The notes under the pieces: model-generated
What the model saw: only the letters and a program-made list of their open reading frames with translations
Database searches by the model: none
Told to the model about the DNA's origin: nothing
Source of the DNA: an uncultured Actinomycetota bacterium
GTDB taxonomy: Bacteria; Actinomycetota; Actinomycetes; Propionibacteriales; Nocardioidaceae
NCBI GenBank assembly: GCA_963708875.1
Contig: CAVPUL010000002.1
Coordinates: 406,598 to 470,597, forward strand
Reading direction: 5' to 3'
DNA: 64,000 nucleotides
Part shown: piece by piece, positions 19,596 through 28,887 of the stretch
Position numbering within the stretch: position 1 is the first letter of the stretch
Layout: every line of letters begins with the position of its first letter
Made by a program: the position numbers and the translations under genes

Positions 19596-20515
19596 GCCAG
19601 ATCCTCCGGGGCCAGGTCGTCGCGGACGCCCTGGAAGGACGGCTGCCGCAGGCGTTCGTACCCCAGGCCGTGGGTGTCGATGTCCACGACGACGCGCGGC
19701 TCGACCCAGAACGTGCCGTCGGCATCCACCCGCGGCACCTCGTCGGCGAACGGGTTGTCGTCGCTCGTCAGCGGTGCCAGCAGGTCGGCGAGGCGCTTGC
19801 TGGTGGCGCCGGCGATGCCGCTGCCGACCCGGCCGCGGTAGAGCAGGCCGTCGGGGGTCTGCTCGCCGACCAGCAGCGCGGCCAGCCGGTTCGTCGTACC
19901 GACCTGGGGGCGCCAGCCGCCGACGACGAACGAGCCACGGTGCCGGTGGGCGAGCTTGCGCCAGTCCTCGCTGCGGGCGTCGAAGCGGTAGCGCGACGTA
20001 CGCCGCTTGCTCACCACGCCCTCGAGCCCCTGCTGCAGCGTCGCGTCGAACAGCATGTCGCCGTCGTCGTAGGCACCCGGGACCTGCCACGTCGTGTCGC
20101 CGAGCGGGAGCTCCTCCAGCAGCGCACGGCGCTCCTCGAGCGGGCGGCCGGTCAGGTCCTCGCCGTCGAGGCGGAGCAGGTCGAACACCATGAGCGTCGC
20201 CGGCACCGTCTTCACGAGCCGCGCGACCTCCTTGGCGTTGCGCAGGTGCATGCGGTGCTGGAGGACGCGGAAGTCGGGCACGCCGCGGTCGTTGAGGGCG
20301 ATGACCTCGCCGTCGACGAGCAGGTCGCGCATCCCCAGCGGCGGATCGCTGAGGTCGGGCCAGGCCGCCGTCACGTTGTTGTCGTTGCGGCTGGTCATCC
20401 TCGCGACGCCGTCACGGACGTCGACGAGGACGCGTACGCCGTCCCACTTCACCTCGTGCAGCCACTGCGCGCCGCTCGGGACGCGGTCTGTCTTGCTGGC
20501 GAGCATCGGGCGCAC
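19592..20515 (-). CDS. ATP-dependent DNA ligase (stand-alone LigD ligase domain)
   Basis: EVKWDGVR (motif I), DGEVI, EGVVSKR and LRQPSF motifs; probable start GTG 20515. Confidence 0.92.
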   Translation of the reverse strand: MRPMLASKTDRVPSGAQWLHEVKWDGVRVLVDVRDGVARMTSRNDNNVTAAWPDLSDPPLGMRDLLVDGEVIALNDRGVPDFRVLQHRMHLRNAKEVARLVKTVPATLMVFDLLRLDGEDLTGRPLEERRALLEELPLGDTTWQVPGAYDDGDMLFDATLQQGLEGVVSKRRTSRYRFDARSEDWRKLAHRHRGSFVVGGWRPQVGTTNRLAALLVGEQTPDGLLYRGRVGSGIAGATSKRLADLLAPLTSDDNPFADEVPRVDADGTFWVEPRVVVDIDTHGLGYERLRQPSFQGVRDDLAPEDLA

Positions 20516-20589
20516 GCGGTCAGTCTGGCATCCCGTCGCGAGCACCTGGAGGGAGACGAGTGTCTGATGTGACGGCTATCGTCTCGACC

Positions 20590-21531
20590 ATGCGAGCGAT
20601 CTGGAAGGGTGCCGTCTCCTTCGGCCTGGTCAGCGTCCCCGTGAAGCTCTACGCCGCGACCGAGAGCCACGACGTGTCGTTCCGGCAGGTGCACGCCAAG
20701 GACGGCGGCCGGATCAAGTACCAGCGGGTCTGCGCCCTCGACGGCGAGGAGGTGGCCTACGCCGACATCGCCAAGGGCTATGAGACCGAGGACGGCGAGA
20801 TGGTCATCCTCACCGACGACGACATGGCCGAGCTGCCGTCGACGTCGTCGCGCGAGATCGCCGTGGAGAAGTTCGTGCCGCGCGAGCAGATCGACCCGCT
20901 GCTCTTCGAGAAGTCCTACTACCTCGAGCCCGAGGGTGCCGGCGCCAAGCCCTACGCCCTGCTGCGCCAGGCGCTGCTCGACGCCGACCGGATGGCCGTC
21001 GTGACCGTGGCCCTGCGCCAACGCACGAGCATCGCGGTGCTGCGGGTCAAGGACGACGTCATCGTGCTCCAGACGATGATGTGGCCCGACGAGATCCGCA
21101 CGCCCGACTTCTCCGTCGAGCCGGGCGACGTCAAGCCGGCCGAGGTCAAGATGGCCCACATGCTCGTCGACACGCTCGCCGGCGACTTCGACGCGAGCGA
21201 GTTCGAGGACGACTACGCCGGTGCCGTCGAGGCGCTCGTGAAGTCCAAGATCGAGGGCGGTGAGATCAAGCGCACCGAGACCTCGACCAAGACCTCGGGC
21301 GAGGTCGTCGACCTCCTCGCGGCGCTGCAGAAGTCGGTGGCCGCCGCGAAGACCGCCCGCGGCGAGGACTCCGACGACGACAAGGCGGCTGCCACGAAGT
21401 CGTCGACTGCGAAGAAGGCCCCCGCCAAGAAGGCCCCCGCGAAGAAGACCGCGACCAAGAAGACGGCCGCGAAGAAGACGGCCGCGAAGAAGACCGCGAC
21501 GAAGAAGGCTCCGGCCAAGAAGGCCAGCTGA
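20590..21531 (+). CDS. ku: Non-homologous end joining protein Ku
   Basis: MRAIWKGAVSFGLVSVPVKLY and VVDLLAALQKSV motifs; basic C-terminal tail. Confidence 0.96.
   Translation: MRAIWKGAVSFGLVSVPVKLYAATESHDVSFRQVHAKDGGRIKYQRVCALDGEEVAYADIAKGYETEDGEMVILTDDDMAELPSTSSREIAVEKFVPREQIDPLLFEKSYYLEPEGAGAKPYALLRQALLDADRMAVVTVALRQRTSIAVLRVKDDVIVLQTMMWPDEIRTPDFSVEPGDVKPAEVKMAHMLVDTLAGDFDASEFEDDYAGAVEALVKSKIEGGEIKRTETSTKTSGEVVDLLAALQKSVAAAKTARGEDSDDDKAAATKSSTAKKAPAKKAPAKKTATKKTAAKKTAAKKTATKKAPAKKAS
21412..21525 (+). repeat. Imperfect 15-bp coding repeats (KKAPA/KKTAA) in the Ku tail
   Basis: KKAPAKKAPAKKTATKKTAAKKTAAKKTATKKAPAKKA. Confidence 0.85.
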
Positions 21532-21549
21532 CGCCTGCCGGCTCCGCGG

Positions 21550-22449
21550 CTACAGCCGCGCCAGGCTCCGCAGGTCCGCGAGGATCTCGTCGATCTTGAG
21601 CGCGAGGGACAGGTGGCCCTCCTCGGCGAAGAGGTGGGCCCGGGCGCCGGGGATGGCGTCGGCCAGCCACTGCCCGTGGGCGAAGGGCACCATCCGGTCA
21701 CGGCCGCCCTGCCAGACCGAGACGGGTACGTCGATGGCCGCGAGGTCGAAGCCCCAGGGCTGCACGATCTGCAGGGTGTCCTCGACCATCCCGACCGCGC
21801 CCTGGGCGACGGCGTGGTTGAAGGAGGCGGCCACGGCCGCGCCCATCTCGTCGGTGAGTGCCGCGACGTCGACCTCGTCGACCAGGTCGCCCAGGGATGC
21901 GGCGATGTCGCCGGCCGTGACAGTCGCCAGGTCGGCGACCTGCTCCGCCGCGACGGGTCCGTAGGACGTGCGGCCCTCGCGGGCAGCGTCGAAGTCACGG
22001 ACGTTCTCCTCGCCCATGCCGTCGGACCAGTCCGGCCCGGCGCTGTCGGCCGGCGCGACCCCGGCGAGGGTGGCGGCGGCACGGCAGCGGTCGGGCAGGA
22101 CGGCCGCGCAGGCGAGCGCCCGCGGACCCCCGCCCGACCAGCCGAGCGTCACGAACTCCCCCAGGCCCAGGTGGTCGAGCAGCGCCGCGGTGTCGGCCGC
22201 GTCGGCCGAGATCGGGACCGGCCAGCCGTCCGGCAGCGGGCGCGGGGTCGAGGCGCCGTAGCCGGGTCGCGAGTGCGTCACCAGGTGCAGTCCGGCGCGC
22301 GCCGCGGCGTCCCAGATGAGCGGGTCGACGACGGCCGCGCTCGGCGTACCGGAGTGGTAGGCCAGCGGGAAGCCATCGGGATCACCACCGGTCAGGAACT
22401 CGAGCTGCCGCCCGTCGGGCAGGGTCACGAACTGCGCGGATGAGGTCAT
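21550..22449 (-). CDS. Alpha/beta fold hydrolase
   Basis: HSGTP, GWSGGG nucleophile elbow and EGHLS motifs. Confidence 0.9.
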   Translation of the reverse strand: MTSSAQFVTLPDGRQLEFLTGGDPDGFPLAYHSGTPSAAVVDPLIWDAAARAGLHLVTHSRPGYGASTPRPLPDGWPVPISADAADTAALLDHLGLGEFVTLGWSGGGPRALACAAVLPDRCRAAATLAGVAPADSAGPDWSDGMGEENVRDFDAAREGRTSYGPVAAEQVADLATVTAGDIAASLGDLVDEVDVAALTDEMGAAVAASFNHAVAQGAVGMVEDTLQIVQPWGFDLAAIDVPVSVWQGGRDRMVPFAHGQWLADAIPGARAHLFAEEGHLSLALKIDEILADLRSLARL

Positions 22450-22467
22450 GGTCGGATCGTGGCACGC

Positions 22468-23917
22468 TCAGCAGGCGCGGGCCACCGCCCTGTGGCGCGT
22501 CATGTCGCGCAGCAGCGCCGACACCTCGGCCGCCACGGCTACAGCGAGGTCGCGTGCGGGTTCACCGTCGACCTCCGGCACCACGTGCCGCACGATCCCG
22601 TCAGCGAGGAGGTCGGTCGCGCGGACGCGCTGTCGCTCGCGCCATCTCCGGGGCGTGGTCGACGTCGCCGTGCACGATCACGCTGGCGCCCTCGGGCGGG
22701 AGCGGCGCGAGCCAGGCGTGCTCGGTCGCGATGACGGAGCGCGCGGGCAGGAACGCCAGCGCCCCTCCCCCGCAGCCCTGGCCGAGGATGACCGAGACGG
22801 TCGGGACCGTCATCGTCGTCAGCGTCGCGATGCAGCGGGCGATCTCGCCGGCGATGGCGCGCTCCTCCGCATCGGGCGACAGCTCGGCGCCCGGGGTGTC
22901 GATCACCGTGACCAGAGGCAGTCCGAGCTCCTCGGCCAGGCGCATGCCGCGGCGGGCCTCACGCAGTGCGCCCGGGCCCATCGCGTGGCCGGGCGTCTGG
23001 CGGGCGCGGTCCTGACCGACCACGACGCACGGTTGGTCGTCGATCCGGGTGAGCGCGACCATCACCGTCGAGTCCCGCTCGCCCTCGTCGGTGCCGCGCA
23101 GCTGGATCGTCCCGGTCGCGCCGTGCGCGAGGAGGTCGCGCAGGCCGACCCGGTCCGTACGGCGGGTGCGCTCGATGCTGTCCCACGCGCTGCCCGACCC
23201 CACCGATCGCGAGGCGCGGACGGGCAGCCGGCCCGGGCCGGGCGCATCGACCAGCACGGCCAGCGCGAGGTCGACCATCTCGGGCAGGTCCTCGGCGGCG
23301 ACGACGCCGTCGATGACACCGACGGCGGCGAGGTTCTCCGCGACCTGCACGCCGGGACGGAACGGCCGCCCGTGGAGCGCCTCGTAGACCTTGGGTCCGA
23401 GGAAGCCGACCAACGCGCCGGGCTCGGCCACCGTGACGTGCCCGAGCGAGCCCCACGAGGCGTAGACGCCGCCGGTCGTGGGGTGCCGCAGGTGCACGAG
23501 GTAGGGCAGGCCGGCGGCCCGGTGGTCCATCAGTGCGCGGGAGATCTCGGCCATCCGGACGAAGGCGGGCGTGCCCTCCTGCATCCGGGTGCCGCCGGAC
23601 GCCGTGCTGGCCAGCAGCGGCAGTCCCTCGGCGGTGGCACGTCGTACGGCAGCAGTGATCCGGTCCGCGGCGGCGCGCCCGATCGAGCCGGCGAGGAAGC
23701 CGAACTCGTTGACGACGACCGCGACCGGCCGGCCACGGACCTCGCCGCGGCCGGTGAGGACGGACTCGTCGGTGCCGGCCTTGGCGGCGGCGCCCTCGAG
23801 GACCGCGCGGTAGGCCGGATCCACCGACGAGAGGTCGATCGGCTGGTCCCACGACTCGAAGGTCCCTGCGTCGAGCACCAGGTCGAGGAGCTCGTGCGCC
23901 GACCAGCGACGCGTCAT
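22468..23917 (-). pseudogene. Fused beta/alpha acyl-CoA carboxyltransferase (AccD3-like), frameshifted near the C-terminus as assembled
   Basis: FLAGSIG, SGGTRMQEG, PTTGGVYASWG, VIDTPGA and GQGCGGGALA motifs. Removing one base at about 22639 gives MAERQRVRATDLLADGIV, ending at TGA 22468. Confidence 0.85.
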
Positions 23918-25087
23918 CCCTCGCCCACCCAGGCCCGGATCTCGTCGGCGTGCTGGTCGAGCAGCGGCGGGGCCGTGTGGTCGCGACGGGTGACCTCGGC
24001 ACCGGCCGCGTCGAAGAAGCGCAGCGGCGGTCCGGGGAGCGTGATGTCGCCGAGCGTCGGGTGGTCGACGTCGACGAGCAGGCCCTGGCTGGCGACCTGG
24101 TCCCACTCGTAGACCTCGTCGAGACTGCGCACCTTGCCTGCCGGTACGCCGACCTCGGCGAGCCGGGCCAGCAGGGGCTCGGCGTCCCAGTCGGCGAAGG
24201 CCGCCTCGACGACCTCGATCACCTGCTCGCGCCGGGCGACCCGCTCCTGGTTCGTGCCGAGTCCGTCAGCCTCGGGGTCGAGCCCGAAGCCGCCGCAGAA
24301 CCTCTTCCACAGTCCCTCGCTGCCGAGCGCGATCTGCACCGCGCCGTCGCGGCAGCGGAAGAGCCCGTAGGGCGCGATCGACGGGTGGTGGTTGCCCTGC
24401 GCGCGGCCGACCTCGCCGGCCACGGTCCAGCGGGTGCCCTGGAACGCGTGCACCCCGACGCACGAGGCCAGCAGCGACGTCCGCACGACCGTGCCCTTGC
24501 CGGTCTCGTGGCGCTCGTGGAGCGCGGCGAGGACGCCGTAGGCGCCGTACATCCCGGACAGCAGGTCCGCGATCGGTACGCCGACGCGCTGCGGGTCGTC
24601 GGGCCCGGAGCCGGTGAGCGACATCAGGCCGGCCTCGCCCTGGGCGATCTGGTCGTAGCCGGCGCGGCCGCCCTCGGGACCGTCGTGGCCGAAGCCGGTG
24701 ATCGAGAGGACGACGAGCCGCGGGTTGCGACGCATCAGCTCCTCGATGCCGAGGCCGAGCCGCTCGAGGACGCCGGTGCGGAAGTTCTCCACCAGCACGT
24801 CGGCCTTCTCCACGAGCCCGACCAGGACGGCCTTGTCGGCCGTCGTCCTTGAGGTCGAGCGCGATCGACTCCTTGTTGCGGTTGGTGCACAGGAAGTAGG
24901 TCGACTGGCGGGCGTCGGGCTCGCCGACGAACGGCGGCCCCCAGCCGCGGGTGTCGTCCCCGCTGCCGGGCGCCTCGACCTTGATCACCCGGGCGCCGAG
25001 GTCACCCAGCATCTGGGTGGCGTGCGGCCCGGCGAGGGCGCGGGTGAGGTCGACGACCAGGAGGTCGGAGAGAGGTCCGTTGCTCAT
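23914..25087 (-). pseudogene. CoA-transferase family III (CaiB/BaiF), frameshifted as assembled
   Basis: [32 protein letters not shown] and YDQIAQ motifs. Removing one base at 24840-24841 joins the two ORFs. Confidence 0.88.
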
Positions 25088-25091
25088 GCGA

Positions 25092-26411
25092 TCACCATCC
25101 CGGGAGGACGAGGGCTGCCCAGACGAGCAGCGGCCCGACGAGGGTGACGATGACGCCGTAGCCGAGGATCTGCTTGTAGTAGGTGCTCTCGTCGATGGTG
25201 TCCGGCCTGTTGGCCAGCATCAGCGCACCGTTGGTGCTGAACGGGCTGACGTCCACGATGGTCGACGACACGGCGAGAGCAGCCACGAAGAGCGCCGCGT
25301 TGATCCCGCCATCGGCGATGAGTGGCACGCCGATGGGGATGATCACCGGCAGGAGCGCCGTGGACGAGGCAAAGGCCGAGACGACACCACCGACGTAGCA
25401 GAGGATCAGGGCACCAATCACGGCCGCGCCGAACCCGGCAGCCCACTTCCCGACGAACTCGGGCGAACCTGCAGTGGTGAGGATGGTGGCGTAGGTGCTG
25501 ATGCCGGCGACCAGGAGCACGGTCGGCCAGGCGATCTGCTTGACCGCGTCCTTGTGCTCGTCGGCATTGAGCATCGCCAGGATCACGGCGGCCGTGATCG
25601 CCACGAAGCCGATGTTCTTGTCGAAGGCGAGGGAGATGAGCGCGACGCCGACGAACGCGACGAGGGTGAGGACCTGGTCGCGGCGTACGCCGTGCGCCTG
25701 GGTGCCGGTCGGGGCGGACGTGCCGTAGCCGCGGGCCGGCACGGTCGCGCCGCCGCGGTGGAGGTCGTCGTCGAGCGTGTCGGGCTCGTCGGGGTCGATC
25801 CGCATCGCCATCAGCTTGCGGCCGCCGAGGGCGACGAAGAGGATCATCGCCATGATCGTGTTGACGATGAGGCTGGCCAGGAAGACGGTGATCTCGCTCG
25901 TGGGGAGACCGGCGTCCTCCATCACCGAGTTGGTGATGACGCCGTAGATGCTGATCGGCGAGAAGCCGCCGGCCTGGGCGCCGTGCACCACGAACATGCC
26001 CATCATCAGCGGGCTGATGCCGTAGCGACCGGCGAAGCCCAGCGCGATCGGGCCGATGATGGCGCAGGCGGCGGGACTCACGGCACCGATGCCGGTGAGG
26101 ACGGCGGTCACGGCGAACATCACCCACGGGATCAGGGCCACGCGTCCGCCGACCCCGCGGACAGCCGTACGGACGATGAGGTCGACCGTCCCGTTGTTGC
26201 GCGCGATCGCGAAGAGGTACGTGACGCCGATGAGCGTGAGGATCAGGTCACCGCTGACGCCGGCGAGGATCTCCTTCTCGTCGAGGTCGAGTGAGTACAT
26301 CCCGACGAGCCACGCGGCGACGTAGGCCAGCGCTCCCATGTTGATCGGCAGCAGCGTGCCGACCACGAACAATGCGACGAGGGCGATGATCGCCACCCAT
26401 TCCGGACCCAT
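25092..26411 (-). CDS. Dicarboxylate carrier, MatC/SLC13-like permease
   Basis: N-terminus [21 protein letters not shown] resembles MatC_N; [11 protein letters not shown] motif; about 11 TM segments. Confidence 0.8.
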   Translation of the reverse strand: MGPEWVAIIALVALFVVGTLLPINMGALAYVAAWLVGMYSLDLDEKEILAGVSGDLILTLIGVTYLFAIARNNGTVDLIVRTAVRGVGGRVALIPWVMFAVTAVLTGIGAVSPAACAIIGPIALGFAGRYGISPLMMGMFVVHGAQAGGFSPISIYGVITNSVMEDAGLPTSEITVFLASLIVNTIMAMILFVALGGRKLMAMRIDPDEPDTLDDDLHRGGATVPARGYGTSAPTGTQAHGVRRDQVLTLVAFVGVALISLAFDKNIGFVAITAAVILAMLNADEHKDAVKQIAWPTVLLVAGISTYATILTTAGSPEFVGKWAAGFGAAVIGALILCYVGGVVSAFASSTALLPVIIPIGVPLIADGGINAALFVAALAVSSTIVDVSPFSTNGALMLANRPDTIDESTYYKQILGYGVIVTLVGPLLVWAALVLPGW

Positions 26412-26469
26412 GCCGAACCTCCGAGTCGATGCCGCACGGCGTGGACCGGGGGTGACCCTCGTCACGTGC

Positions 26470-26490
26470 TTGGCTCAGTGGCCTAGCCAA
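26470..26490. promoter_or_regulatory. Candidate FadR/GntR operator
   Basis: TTGGCT-N9-AGCCAA inverted repeat between the divergent matC-like and fadR genes. Confidence 0.5.
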
Positions 26491-26526
26491 TAGGACAATG
26501 AGCCGCGAGTCAATAGGCTGTCCGGC

Positions 26527-27228
26527 ATGAGCGAGTCGTTCCCTCCCCGGTTGCTGCGCACGCGACTCTACGAGCAGGTCGCCGGGCAGATCTCGTCGTG
26601 GATCAGCGACAACGGCCTCAAGGCCGGGGACCGGCTGCCCGCCGAGCGCGAGCTCGCCCAGCGGCTCGGCGTCAGTCGCGCGACGCTCAGCCAGGCCCTG
26701 GTCGCCCTCGAGGTGATCGGTGTCGTCGAGGTGCGCCACGGCGACGGCACCGTCGTGACGTCGGGGCACCGGCAGTCGACCCGCATCGTCGAGGCGATCC
26801 GCAGTCATGCCGACCGCCTCCCCGAGATCATCGAGACCCGCGACGCGCTCGAGACCAAGATCGCCGCGCTGGCCGCCGTACGACGCACCGACGACGACCT
26901 CGCCCGCATCGACGACGCCCTCGCCTTCATGGCGTCCGAGGTCGAGTCCGGCGATCGCGGCGTCGAGGGCGACGAGCGCTTCCACGGCGCCGTCACCGCG
27001 GCCTCGCACTCGCTCCTGCTCGCCCGGCTGATGGACGAGATCGGCGACCTGATCCGGGAGACGCGGCTGGAGTCCCTCGGCCAGCCCGGGCGGCCGCAGG
27101 ACTCCCTCGCCGGTCACCGCGCCGTCGCCGATGCCATCCGCGCCGGCGACGCCGAGGCCGCCGCCGCGGCGATGCACGCGCACGTGGCGATGGTCAGCGA
27201 CGTCGCCCTGCTCCGCGACCAGCCGTGA
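26527..27228 (+). CDS. FadR/GntR family regulator (FCD domain)
   Basis: GDRLPAERELAQRLGVSRATL and DERFH motifs. Confidence 0.95.
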   Translation: MSESFPPRLLRTRLYEQVAGQISSWISDNGLKAGDRLPAERELAQRLGVSRATLSQALVALEVIGVVEVRHGDGTVVTSGHRQSTRIVEAIRSHADRLPEIIETRDALETKIAALAAVRRTDDDLARIDDALAFMASEVESGDRGVEGDERFHGAVTAASHSLLLARLMDEIGDLIRETRLESLGQPGRPQDSLAGHRAVADAIRAGDAEAAAAAMHAHVAMVSDVALLRDQP

Positions 27229-27995
27229 CCGCAGGCGAGCTGCTGCTGGTCCTGGTGACGGGCTTCGCGGCCGGCGTGCTGTCCTCCACGGTCGGCGTCG
27301 CGTCACTCCTCAGCTTCCCCGTGCTGGTCGCGCTCGGGCTTCCGCCGGTCGTCGCCAACGTCTCCAACACCCTCGGCATGATCCCCGGGGGCGTGGGTGG
27401 CGTCGTCGGCTACCGCCAGGAGGTCACGGAGGCGGGTCGGCTCGCGTACGTCATCTCGATCGTGTGTGCCCTCGGAGCGGTGGTCGGCGCCGCCCTCCTG
27501 CTCGGGCTGCCACCCGGGGTCTTCGAGGCGATCGTGCCCTACCTCATCCTCTTCACCTGCCTGCTCGTCGGCATCCAGCCGAGGGTCGCCGCGTGGCTGC
27601 GCGCACGCCACGAGCGGCGGCACGGCGAGCAGCTCGCCGAGCGGCGGAGCATGTCCCCCACGACGACGGCGTTCGCGACCGTCACCGGCGTCTACGGCGG
27701 CTACTTCGGCGCGGGCGCCGGCGTGATGATGGTCGCCGTGCTCGGCCTCGGCACCGACGTCGAGCTGCGCATCGTCAACGGCCTGAAGACGCTCTCGTTG
27801 ATGGTCGGCAACCTCGTCGCCGGGCTCATCTTCATCGTCGTCGCCGACCCGCGGTGGGATGTCGTGGCGCTGCTCGCCACGGGCTCGCTCGTGGGTGGGT
27901 ACGTCGGCGCGCGCATCGGCCGCAAGCTCCCCGACAAGGTCTTCCGGTGGGCCGTCGTCGCCGCCGGGCTCGTCGCCGCGCTACTGCTGTTCTGA
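27225..27995 (+). CDS. TauE/SafE (DUF81) family membrane protein
   Basis: Start GTG 27225 overlaps the fadR stop; GVYGGYFGAGAG motif. Confidence 0.88.
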   Translation: MTAGELLLVLVTGFAAGVLSSTVGVASLLSFPVLVALGLPPVVANVSNTLGMIPGGVGGVVGYRQEVTEAGRLAYVISIVCALGAVVGAALLLGLPPGVFEAIVPYLILFTCLLVGIQPRVAAWLRARHERRHGEQLAERRSMSPTTTAFATVTGVYGGYFGAGAGVMMVAVLGLGTDVELRIVNGLKTLSLMVGNLVAGLIFIVVADPRWDVVALLATGSLVGGYVGARIGRKLPDKVFRWAVVAAGLVAALLLF

Positions 27996-28865
27996 GCCCG
28001 ACGCACCCGCGCCGCGAGCCGCCGCAGAGTCCGGCATCCTGCGGTGGAAGCGCGACATCAGCGCATCGCTGAGCCGCGGCGCCACCACGTTGAGCACCTC
28101 GCCGACCCGTCCGGTCGTGGTGTCCCACGTGACCGGGCGGTCCTCCAGCGCACGCACCACCTTGGCCGCCGCCTGCTCGGGCGACATGCTCGCCCGGTTG
28201 TCGTACACATCGGTCGGCACCACCATCGCGGTGCGCACCAGGGCGAAGCGCATGTTGGTGAAGGTGACCCCGTCGGCGTACGTCTCGCGACCGGCGATCC
28301 GCGCCCACGTGTCGAGCGCGGTCTTCGAGGCGATGTAGGCGCTGAACTTCGGCGCCTTCATCTGCACGCCCCACGTCACGATGTTCACCACGTGACCGAA
28401 GCCCTGCGCCCGCATCGCCGGCAGCAGCCCCATCGTGAGGCGCACCGGGCCGAAGAAGTTGATCGCCATCGTGCGCTCGACGTCGTGGAAGCGGTCGTGC
28501 GAGAGCTCGAGCGAACGCCGGATGGAGCGCCCGGCGTTGTTGACGAGGTAGTCGACGGCACCCACCTCGGACAGCACCCGCTCGACCAGGACGTCGATCG
28601 CGTCGAGGTCGGTCAGGTCGAGGGCGTACGACGACGCGCGGCCGCCCGCGGCCTCGATCGAGGCGCGGACCCGCTCGAGCTCCGCCTCGCGCCGCGCGAC
28701 CAGCAGCACGTGGGCGCCGCGGGCCGCCACCTCGAGTGCCGTCGCCTCGCCGATGCCGGAGCTCGCGCCGGTGACCAGCACCGTGCGACCGACCAGCGGG
28801 CTCGGGCCGTCCCGCCGGGCAAGCCGACGCAGCCGGGCCCGCGGCGTGACCCAGAGCAGGCCCAT
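27981..28865 (-). CDS. SDR oxidoreductase, Acr1-like fatty acyl-CoA reductase type
   Basis: TGASSGIG, NNAGRSIRR and YIASK motifs. Confidence 0.88.
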   Translation of the reverse strand: MGLLWVTPRARLRRLARRDGPSPLVGRTVLVTGASSGIGEATALEVAARGAHVLLVARREAELERVRASIEAAGGRASSYALDLTDLDAIDVLVERVLSEVGAVDYLVNNAGRSIRRSLELSHDRFHDVERTMAINFFGPVRLTMGLLPAMRAQGFGHVVNIVTWGVQMKAPKFSAYIASKTALDTWARIAGRETYADGVTFTNMRFALVRTAMVVPTDVYDNRASMSPEQAAAKVVRALEDRPVTWDTTTGRVGEVLNVVAPRLSDALMSRFHRRMPDSAAARGAGASGSEQQ

Positions 28866-28887
28866 CAGGACAGGCCCATCAGGACAG
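28860..28887. repeat. Perfect 14-bp tandem duplication at the gdh/SDR junction
   Basis: GCCCATCAGGACAG x2 (28860-28873 and 28874-28887). Confidence 0.9.

Noticed and set aside
21412-21525. CRISPR-like or mobile repeat
   Set aside because: These are coding Lys/Ala repeats in the Ku tail without spacers, and no cas genes are in the window.
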